Positions 19,227 to 26,701 of a stretch of 64,000 nt of DNA are shown piece after piece. This DNA comes from Vulcanimicrobiota bacterium. GTDB taxonomy: Bacteria > Vulcanimicrobiota > Xenobia > Xenobiales > QWHO01. Each line of letters begins with the position of its first letter. The first letter of the stretch is position 1. The notes beneath the pieces were generated by a model, which saw nothing but the letters and a program-made list of their open reading frames with translations, was not told the DNA's origin and made no database searches. The DNA is taken from NCBI GenBank assembly GCA_963169765.1, contig CAUJEN010000184.1, positions 16,468 to 80,467 on the forward strand, given 5' to 3'. The position numbers were made by a program, and so were the translations under genes.

Positions 19227-19546
19227 AAGTCCATGCCACGCTTCTCCAGCGACAAAAGCTCGAGCAATTCGGGCCTGAGAGGGGCAATCTTTTCGAACAG
19301 TGGGCTCCGGTCAGGATTCGCCGGGGAGAGGACACGGAGTTGCTGGCCCGGGCTCATTGATCGCGAAAGTGAATCCTTCAGTCGCTGGCGTCGGCAGGCT
19401 CCCTTCCCCCTGCGACGAACCACGCAGGGTGTTCAACCTGTTCAAGAAGAAACCACTGCCAGAAGCGGATTATAAGACGCATGTCCAGTTGATGTCTGTC
19501 GGCATGCACTGGGTCAACAGCGTGATGGCCGAGGAGTTCGCCAGGA

Positions 19547-19885
19547 ATGGCTCCTCGCCCGGAACGAGCCGAGGACGCCATCGGTGTGATCGCGCCACTG
19601 CTGGTCCTGGACGGTATCCCCAGCCCCGACATCGTCGACCGCATGCAAGAGAAGTACCAGTTGCTGTATGTGGATCTCTTGAGGTTCTTTCAAAGTACGG
19701 AGGCTGACGCGAACCTTCCCCCCGACAAGCTTCGGCACGTCAAGATCGGCGCCTGGGCCTTCGTTTTCATGCATGCCCGTGCTCCCGAAAGCCAGGCAGA
19801 TTGGGACTGTGTCCACTACTTCATCGATCTCTTTACCAAGAACCGGAAGCAATTCTTGCGAATGGCCGCCAAGATTGAGGTGTAG
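19547..19885 (+). CDS. Hypothetical protein in low-GC island; possibly the downstream part of a frameshift-split gene whose 5' part lies in frame +1 from GTG 19429
   Basis: Protein-like composition, local GC ~50-55% versus ~67% background; upstream frame (19429-19546) is also protein-like (FNLFKKKPLPEADYKTHVQLMSVGMHWVNSVMAEEFARNG). Confidence 0.4.
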   Translation: MAPRPERAEDAIGVIAPLLVLDGIPSPDIVDRMQEKYQLLYVDLLRFFQSTEADANLPPDKLRHVKIGAWAFVFMHARAPESQADWDCVHYFIDLFTKNRKQFLRMAAKIEV

Positions 19886-20353
19886 CAGTCGCCTTCCCCG
19901 AACTTGCGCAGATCCCCCGTTGGCTCCGAAGTCACACTGCAACAGATCGCTGAATTCGCTGTTCGCGTCCTCGCACTGTGAGGTACAGCCGCACGAGATC
20001 CCAGGCGGCATTGAATCTGGCAGCCATCGGCTGACCTTACCAGAAGGGGCGGTCGAACTAATGTGCTCGCACTTTGGTCTTGCACATTAGCACAATCTGA
20101 CGAACGCGCCGGAACTGCGTTCCAGCGCGTTGTAAAGTGCAAGACCAAAGGCCTTGCACTTTAGAAGTCCAGCCGCCTACAAGATCTTGTGGTGGCAGAG
20201 GCGGGGGTAGGGGCCCCCGAGAGCATAGCCCCTCCGACACGGGTGCGGCTGGACTTCCCGCGCGCGCTGCTTGATACCGGGACAGGAGTTGAACCCCGCA
20301 GACAGCAGCGCTCGTCGAGGTCGGCTGCGTGCCAGACGAAGCAGAGGTCTCGT

Positions 20354-21319
20354 TTACCGCACTCGGTTCCAGAAGCCTTCCTCCGACAGGATGCCCGCTC
20401 CCACCCACGGCTCGCCTCCGGGCACCGGTTCGGCGCTCTCGGCCAGCCGCTCGCCCAGTTCGGTGGAAGGCACGCCGGCCAGCCAGCCCTGATGGCCCAC
20501 TCGGGCCACCTGGGGGGTGGCGTAGGAGGAGCCGGAGTGCTCTTCCAGTCGCCCATCGATCACCAGCGGGACGTTGACCCCGTCGGCCGCCAACCAGGCT
20601 CCCGCATCGGGGGACGCGAGTGGAGCCACCACCCCCCCGTCCTCGGAGGCCCCCACCACGGTGGTGTGCGGATCGGCCAGCCAGTTGCGGTAGAAGCTCG
20701 GATCGACCTCTACGCCTAGTCGCTCCAGGGTGCGTGAGAGCTCACCATTGTTGCCCGCCGAGACAAAGCGGGCCACCCCGCTCTCGCTGGCCTCCTGGCC
20801 GGCCGCCAGCAATTCGCTCCGGGCAGCCTGGATCTGGGGGTCGGTGCGGCGCACCTGGCTGACCCGGTCGGCCAGGGCCTGGAGGAAGGTCTCTTCGTCC
20901 GCCCCGGCCGTCAGGCCCAGCTCGCCCTCCAGGGCTCCTCGCCATTCGTGGCGGCCGAAGAGAGCATCCACCACCCTCGAGTCGGAGGCCCCCTGCGACT
21001 GGCTCACCACTCCTGCCGACTGATCCTGCAACTGCTCGGCCGTTGCCTTCATGGGCGTGAGAAAGCGGTTACGGATGTAAGCGTCCAGGCCGTGCTCGAG
21101 GGTTTCGGGTCCGCTCACCAGCGAGACCTGGGCCCGGCCGATCTCGCCCGGTTGCATCCCCAGTCGCACCAGCACGCCTTCCACCAGCTCTCCATGGGTG
21201 GTGACCCCGGCCTGCTCAGCGCGCACGAAGTCGTCGTACACCGTGAGAGTAGGCTGGGGAGGAGGCCCAGCGCAGAATCCGAGCATGGAGAGGGCCAGAA
21301 CAGAGGCGGTGACCTTCAT
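20354..21319 (-). CDS. Secreted subtilase-like (S8-related) protein, possibly catalytically degenerate
   Basis: Signal peptide MKVTASVLALSMLGFCAG; GSSYATPQVARVG (Ser motif-like), VSAGNNGE (oxyanion Asn-like), TTHGELVEG (His motif-like); no canonical DTG Asp motif found. Confidence 0.45.
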   Translation of the reverse strand: MKVTASVLALSMLGFCAGPPPQPTLTVYDDFVRAEQAGVTTHGELVEGVLVRLGMQPGEIGRAQVSLVSGPETLEHGLDAYIRNRFLTPMKATAEQLQDQSAGVVSQSQGASDSRVVDALFGRHEWRGALEGELGLTAGADEETFLQALADRVSQVRRTDPQIQAARSELLAAGQEASESGVARFVSAGNNGELSRTLERLGVEVDPSFYRNWLADPHTTVVGASEDGGVVAPLASPDAGAWLAADGVNVPLVIDGRLEEHSGSSYATPQVARVGHQGWLAGVPSTELGERLAESAEPVPGGEPWVGAGILSEEGFWNRVR

Positions 21320-21367
21320 CCCCGCCAGACTACCCGGTCGGTCTGAAATTTTTCAGACCGCCCCGGT

Positions 21368-22408
21368 ATGGTTGGCCCGAGACCAAGATTTCGGAGGACC
21401 TGCATGCTCAACATCGCTTCTCTGCCCAGCGCCGCCGCAACGGCGCGCCTGGACTGGAAAGCCGAGGTGGGGCCACAGCCGAGCAAGGCCGTGGTGGCGG
21501 GGGACGAGGTTTACGTAGGCACCCAGACGCCCGACAAGCGCTCCGAGTTGCACCGATTCTCGGCCGCCAATGGCCGCCGACTCTCTACGGCGCATACCTG
21601 GACGGGCACGTTGCAGGGTCGCATGGGCTCCACTGCGGTCATGAAAGGGGTGGACGGCCATCTGATGGGAGTGGATGCCAGCTCGGGCGAGCGCAAATGG
21701 GGTTATCACTCCGGGCTGCGCCCGACCGCCGAAGCTTTCAACGGAGAGCAGGCGGTGCTGGCCACCGAGAGTCGACTGGTCGCTTTGAGCGAGGCCGCTC
21801 GGGGCGGACTGGAAGCTCCCTTCAGCATTCCGCTGCAGGATGCGCGCAGCATCAGTCCCGGGCCGGATGGCTGGCTGGTGCTCACCGGGCGTTACAGCGG
21901 CACCGGACAGATTGTCAGCCTGGACAGCCAGGGCCAGACTCGCTGGATGGCACCCGCTGACACGGGCGGTCCCCGGCACGCCCCCCGGATGGGAGTAGAG
22001 GGCACCGTCTACAGCACCGGTTATAACGGGATGCTGTCCGCCTTCGATGGCAAGACGGGCGAGCTGAAGTGGCAGTATGAGACGGGGGAGACCTATAACA
22101 ACCAGCCGGACGTCGGGCCGGCCGGTCAGGTGGTTGTCTCCACCCGGCGCGGCCAGGTGGTTCTGCTCGATTGCGAGGGTCGTGCGACCTGGGAGGTCGA
22201 TACCGGCGCCCAGGTGCTGGGCTGCTTCGTCCATCCCGATGGCACCGTGTTCGTACAGCATCCCGAGTCACTGGATGCTCTCGATGCCGTAACGGGCACC
22301 ACGCTGCAGAAGCTGCCCATCGCACCAGCCGATTTGACCCAGGCTCCCGATGGTAGCCTCTACGCCATGAGTAAGAACGGCACGCTGCAGAAGATCGTGC
22401 TGGAGTAG
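21368..22408 (+). CDS. PQQ-like beta-propeller repeat protein (BamB-like fold)
   Basis: Repeated G-x-V/L-x-A-x-D-x-x-TGxxxW blades (SAANGRRLSTAHTW, DASSGERKWGY, DGKTGELKWQY); start may be ATG 21404. Confidence 0.65.
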   Translation: MVGPRPRFRRTCMLNIASLPSAAATARLDWKAEVGPQPSKAVVAGDEVYVGTQTPDKRSELHRFSAANGRRLSTAHTWTGTLQGRMGSTAVMKGVDGHLMGVDASSGERKWGYHSGLRPTAEAFNGEQAVLATESRLVALSEAARGGLEAPFSIPLQDARSISPGPDGWLVLTGRYSGTGQIVSLDSQGQTRWMAPADTGGPRHAPRMGVEGTVYSTGYNGMLSAFDGKTGELKWQYETGETYNNQPDVGPAGQVVVSTRRGQVVLLDCEGRATWEVDTGAQVLGCFVHPDGTVFVQHPESLDALDAVTGTTLQKLPIAPADLTQAPDGSLYAMSKNGTLQKIVLE

Positions 22409-22465
22409 GGGAGTTCAGGGCGAGCAAGAAGCTGGCCGGAGGATCTTCTACCGGAGGCTGACCAC

Positions 22466-23287
22466 GTGGCGATTCGCATTGGAGTTCAGCTGCACCCGCA
22501 GCACTGCACCTATCCCGAGTTCATTGAGGCGGTGGAGGGGTGCGATCGACTGGGGGTGGATACGCTCTGGACCTGGGATCACTTCTATCCTCTCTACGGC
22601 GAGGAGGGCGCGCCCATGGCCGACGTGCCTCCGGTGGATTCCCCCCGTCGAGGGGACCACTTTGAAGCCTGGACCTTGCTGACAGCCATGGCCTGCCGCA
22701 CGACCAGGGCTGAAATCGGCCTGCTGGTGGGCTGTAACAGCTACCGCAACCCCCACCTTGTGGCCGACATGGCTCGCACGGTGGACCACATCAGCAACGG
22801 CAGGCTCATCCTCGGGCTGGGCTCGGGCTGGTTCGAGCGCGACTACCAGGAATATGGTTACGAGTTCGGCACGGCGGCCTGGCGGCTCAAGCAACTGGGC
22901 GAGAATTTGCCCATCATCCAGGAGCGGCTCAAGCGTCTGACTCCGCAACCGATCCGCAACCCGTTGCCCATCATGATCGGGGGTGGGGGCGAGAAGGTGA
23001 CCCTGAAGCTGGTGGCCAGGCACGCTCACCTCTGGAACGGCTTCGGGCCGCCTGAGAACTTCGCTCACAAGAACAAGATCCTGGACCAGTGGTGCGCGGA
23101 AGTGGGCCGCAATCCGAGGGAAGTCGAGCGCACGGTCGGCATCATGCGACCCGACGACCTCGACAAACTCGATGATTACGTGGCCGCCGGGGCCGAGCAC
23201 ATCATCTTGATGCTGGGTTGGCCCTTCCCGCTGGCTGCGGTGCAGAAGCTGCTCGAGTGGCGCGCCTCACGAATGGTCAGGGCTTAA
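22466..23287 (+). CDS. LLM-class flavin/F420-dependent oxidoreductase (luciferase-like monooxygenase family)
   Basis: MAIRIGVQL...TLWTWDHF...GRLILGLGSGW...GGGGEK pattern typical of LLM TIM-barrel oxidoreductases. Confidence 0.75.
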   Translation: MAIRIGVQLHPQHCTYPEFIEAVEGCDRLGVDTLWTWDHFYPLYGEEGAPMADVPPVDSPRRGDHFEAWTLLTAMACRTTRAEIGLLVGCNSYRNPHLVADMARTVDHISNGRLILGLGSGWFERDYQEYGYEFGTAAWRLKQLGENLPIIQERLKRLTPQPIRNPLPIMIGGGGEKVTLKLVARHAHLWNGFGPPENFAHKNKILDQWCAEVGRNPREVERTVGIMRPDDLDKLDDYVAAGAEHIILMLGWPFPLAAVQKLLEWRASRMVRA

Positions 23288-23736
23288 GCGGCCTTGCGAA
23301 CGCGCACCCCGCCCACCAGCACATAATCGGCTCGCTCCTCCACCGCTCCCCCCTTCTTCTCCTGGATGGCGGCCAGGAGATTTTTCACCTCGTTGCGGAC
23401 GTCGGGCAGATTCTTGAGAGCCTCGAGCAAAGCCTGAGGGCTATCGCCGGCTCGGGCCGTCAACAGGCGTGCTCCCAGCCCGGCCAGGGCCCCGCCACTT
23501 GCGTCCACGCTCTGCACCAGGCTCTCGAGACCCGTGCGCTGCAAAGCCTCGCGATGGGCCCCGCTGGCCTGCTCGCAAGCCTGCCGGGTCAGCTCCAGGA
23601 TGGCTCGAGCCTCGGGCTTTTCGGCCTGACTGCGCACCTTCTCAAAGCGGTCGCTCAGGGGACCATCGCCCACCAGTGCCTGGCGGGCCCGCTTCTGGTC
23701 GGGCCAGGCGAACAGTCCTTTCAGGGCAGAGATCAC
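23284..23736 (-). CDS. Hypothetical alpha-helical protein
   Basis: Protein-like composition, 150 aa, convergent with LLM gene (4-bp overlap). Confidence 0.35.
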   Translation of the reverse strand: MISALKGLFAWPDQKRARQALVGDGPLSDRFEKVRSQAEKPEARAILELTRQACEQASGAHREALQRTGLESLVQSVDASGGALAGLGARLLTARAGDSPQALLEALKNLPDVRNEVKNLLAAIQEKKGGAVEERADYVLVGGVRVRKAA

Positions 23737-23763
23737 AGGGCCTCGCCGAGCGGGGCATGGTTC

Positions 23764-24882
23764 ATGCCGAGAAGTCTAAACCTCTTCCCTGAAAGGCCCC
23801 TGAAGTGGTATCCTGCTCAGGTGAAACCCATTGCGTCGTTTCAGTCTACCCTGCCCCAGGTGGCATTCCGACGCAAGTCCGAGCCGAAGGGGGAGGCGCC
23901 GGTCGAGACCAGTGCCAGCCGCATTCGCAAGCTGGAGGCCGAGCTGCAGCATTGCTACGGCACCTACATGTATTGCGAGGCGGCCGATTTTCAGAGCGCC
24001 GAGGAGCGAGCGACCTCGCGGCGCATGTCCGAGCGCATCGGCCAGATCTCCACCGAGCTGGCCCAGCTGCGTGGGGCCGGGGCGCTCAACCGCGAGAACG
24101 TGAAGGCCCAGGTGGAGGTGATGCTCGAGCGTCAGCCCCTGGCGCGGCTCGGTTCCAGGGCCTTCAAGGCGGTCTACCCCGCTTGCCGGCACACCGGCTA
24201 CGGGGTGGACGACCCGGCCGGACGGCTGCATTCGGCCGTGCGCCATGGCTTTCTGACTCAGGAGCAGGTGGACGAGAAGGTGATTCGGTCGGCCTCCCGA
24301 CGAAAACCCAGCGCGTCCGGCTCGGACGACGAGGTGCGCCAGGCCGCTGCCGAGGCACTCACCCGGGCCCTCCCTCGCGAGCTGGAGGGCCTCTTTCCCG
24401 ATTTGAAGACCTTTCTCGAATTCCCGACCCCGTCCCCTCTGGCCGAGGCCGTCAAAGGCCTGATCGCAGAGGGGCTGGTGGAGCTGCGATTGGAGGATGT
24501 CAACCGGGCCCGCCGCGTGATCTACGCCCCGGGCCAGTTGGGCCAGGCCGCGGAGCGCTATCGCGAGACCCCACAGGATAGCCTTCTGGGCACCATCGGG
24601 CAACTGCTCGACCAGAAGCTGCCCTACACCGAGGAGGAGCGTGAGCAGGCTCTGACCTGCGCCGCCACCAGTCTGGTCAAGAAAGAGCAGGGCGCAAAAG
24701 ACGACTGGTCGCGCCGCCGGTTCGAGGAGGACAAGCAGCGCTGGCTGCAGCGCGGCCTCACCGAAGAGCACCTGAAGGTGGCCCTGCTCGGAGGGCGGGC
24801 CCCGGCGGTCGGGGGATCGGTGGTCGAGACCCCGGACTGGATCGTCTTCGGGTCCAGCCGCGTGGCCCGAAAGAGCTCATGA
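23764..24882 (+). CDS. Hypothetical protein (373 aa), start at ATG 23764 (MPRSLNLF...)
   Basis: Protein-like downstream part of track ORF 23218..24882; upstream part is Gly/Ala-rich artefact. Confidence 0.45.
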   Translation: MPRSLNLFPERPLKWYPAQVKPIASFQSTLPQVAFRRKSEPKGEAPVETSASRIRKLEAELQHCYGTYMYCEAADFQSAEERATSRRMSERIGQISTELAQLRGAGALNRENVKAQVEVMLERQPLARLGSRAFKAVYPACRHTGYGVDDPAGRLHSAVRHGFLTQEQVDEKVIRSASRRKPSASGSDDEVRQAAAEALTRALPRELEGLFPDLKTFLEFPTPSPLAEAVKGLIAEGLVELRLEDVNRARRVIYAPGQLGQAAERYRETPQDSLLGTIGQLLDQKLPYTEEEREQALTCAATSLVKKEQGAKDDWSRRRFEEDKQRWLQRGLTEEHLKVALLGGRAPAVGGSVVETPDWIVFGSSRVARKSS

Positions 24883-25373
24883 AGATCAGGCTGGCTCTGG
24901 TTCTTCTGCTGGCCGCGCTGGCCCTGGCTGCGCCGGGAAAGCCCTTCGTGGACAAGAAAGCGGGCTACCAGCTGGTGCCCCCCGCCGACTGGAAGAGCTA
25001 CCCTGACAGGGCTGCTCAGATGAATGCCTCGTCGGTTTTCAAAGGGGTGGACCAGGGCGGCTTCGTGGCCAACATCAACGTCATGATGCAACCGGTCGAT
25101 AAACTTGACGAGTTCACCCGCATCACCCGCGAGCAGATCAAGTCGGCCAAAGCCACCATTGTCTCCGAGAAGGCCGTCAAGCTCGGCTCCGCGCCAGGTT
25201 ACCAGATGATCTGGAAGATGAGCATGCAGGGTCGCAAGCTGCAGTTTCACAGCACCTGGTTCGTAGCCCGGGGCAAGACCTATCTCTTCACAGGCACGTC
25301 GCTCGAGTCCAGGTGGAGCGGCGTCTCCAGGCTGTTCGCCCAGTCGGCGGCCACTTTCCAGCCGGTGCCCTGA
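24879..25373 (+). CDS. Secreted hypothetical protein (PsbP/DUF1795-like fold suggested)
   Basis: Signal peptide MKIRLALVLLLAALALAAPG; 4-bp overlap with preceding gene. Confidence 0.5.
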   Translation: MKIRLALVLLLAALALAAPGKPFVDKKAGYQLVPPADWKSYPDRAAQMNASSVFKGVDQGGFVANINVMMQPVDKLDEFTRITREQIKSAKATIVSEKAVKLGSAPGYQMIWKMSMQGRKLQFHSTWFVARGKTYLFTGTSLESRWSGVSRLFAQSAATFQPVP

Positions 25374-25374
25374 G

Positions 25375-25671
25375 ATGCAGATTTCAGCCCAGGACCTGGA
25401 CGAAGCCCTGAAGGACGCTCTCTTGCTCGATGTGCGTGAGAGCGACGAGATCGCAAGTCAGGGCACGCTGCCGGGAGCCCTGCACATCCCCCTCGGCCAG
25501 CTCGAAGGCCGTCTCCACGAGCTGCCCAGGGACAGGATCCTCATCACGGCTTGAAACGGCGGAGGTCGGGCCGCTCGGGCAGCGGCTCTCCTGGTGGAGA
25601 AAGGCCTTCGGGTCTCGGCGAGCTGCGCCCTCAAGCACTACCAGGGAGCGCGCGTCTTTCCCGGGCCCTGA
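25375..25671 (+). CDS. Single-domain rhodanese (sulfurtransferase) with in-frame TGA at the active-site Cys position (codon 60; 25552-25554): candidate selenoprotein (Sec) or pseudogene
   Basis: Translation MQISAQDLDEALKDALLLDVRESDEIASQGTLPGALHIPLGQLEGRLHELPRDRILITA-[TGA]-NGGGRAARAAALLVEKGLRV... matches GlpE-like topology with CxGxR active-site loop; hairpin GGGCCGC-ucgggca-GCGGCUC starts 13 nt after UGA. Confidence 0.5.
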
Positions 25672-25825
25672 GCCTCGGGCTTTCGGCTTGATGGCTCACG
25701 TGCCGCTCCTGGAGGATGGCACGGTTTGTGCCAGAGCTCGCAACTGGCACACGTGCCGCTCCTGCAGGATGGCACGACTTGCCCGGCTTCAGGGAACTTT
25801 CAAGCCCCGGAGCGATAATGCTCAT

Positions 25826-26689
25826 GTGACAATCAACGGCCTCTTGAGCCTGCCCGTCCGCTCCGCCGCCGCTCGCGCCCCCGAGCAGGCCGGCCGCCCC
25901 GACGCGGCGCAGGCGCTCGAAGATCTGCTCAACCCCCGGTATGCCACCCGCGAGCTGCGCGCGGAGCTGCTCGGGGTGCTCGAGTCGTTTACGCCCGAGC
26001 AGGTCGAGAAGCTGTGCGCGGCCGGCTATCGGATCAGCTACAAGTGCCTGCCCAGCCAGATCGGTGGCATCCAGAACGGCTACCAGAAGCGCATCGACCT
26101 CAACCCCAGCTGGGCACCCACCGAGCGGCGCCGGGCGGCTTTGCACGAGATCACCCACGCGCTCGACTTCCTCAAGCGCCAGAGCAAGCTCGGCCCGGTG
26201 CAGCGCTTCTTCAGCCGGTTCGACAAGCCGTATGCCTCCCAGCTGGACAGCCGCCTCGAGCACCTTTACCGCGGTTATCTGACCCGCACGGCCTCGCCCC
26301 AGACCGAGGCGCGCGACTGGGAGGGCTGGGCCCGGGGAGCCAGGACCCCGGCCCTGGTGACCGCCCTGGCTGTCGGTGCCTCTCTGGCCACCGGTCTGGC
26401 GCCGGTGGCGGCCGCGGCGGCCGTGGCCGGCACCGCCTGGACCGGCAAGAAGCTGGCCGAGACCGTTTTCGCGCCGCGCGAGACCGACCGCTTCGCCGAG
26501 CCCCGCGAGTACCGTCCGGACGCCGAGCAGCACGTGGTCAGCGAGTACGCCGCCCGCAGCCACAAAGTCTACGAGTACCTGGCTGAGGGCGTGGCCTTCT
26601 ATCTCAATAACCAGGCCGAGCGCGAGCTCTTGCGTCAGCGCGACCCGGGCCTTTTCGAGTATGTGGAGGAGTGGAGCCGGGTCGGCTGA
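25826..26689 (+). CDS. Putative HEXXH zinc-metallopeptidase-like protein (start uncertain, GTG 25826)
   Basis: AALHEITHALDF motif; upstream 25690-25800 contains tandem hairpin repeats that translate differently per copy, arguing they are non-coding. Confidence 0.45.
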   Translation: MTINGLLSLPVRSAAARAPEQAGRPDAAQALEDLLNPRYATRELRAELLGVLESFTPEQVEKLCAAGYRISYKCLPSQIGGIQNGYQKRIDLNPSWAPTERRRAALHEITHALDFLKRQSKLGPVQRFFSRFDKPYASQLDSRLEHLYRGYLTRTASPQTEARDWEGWARGARTPALVTALAVGASLATGLAPVAAAAAVAGTAWTGKKLAETVFAPRETDRFAEPREYRPDAEQHVVSEYAARSHKVYEYLAEGVAFYLNNQAERELLRQRDPGLFEYVEEWSRVG

Positions 26690-26701
26690 GAAGCCTGTCT
26701 C

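Noticed and set aside
20200-20340. tRNA-like sequence (GAGTTGAACCCC / GGGGTTCAACTCC)
   Set aside because: No complementary T-stem, no D-arm/anticodon arm could be assembled on either strand
23218-23763. N-terminal 182 aa of + ORF 23218..24882
   Set aside because: Gly/Ala/Leu-rich, overlaps convergent genes; protein-like sequence begins at ATG 23764
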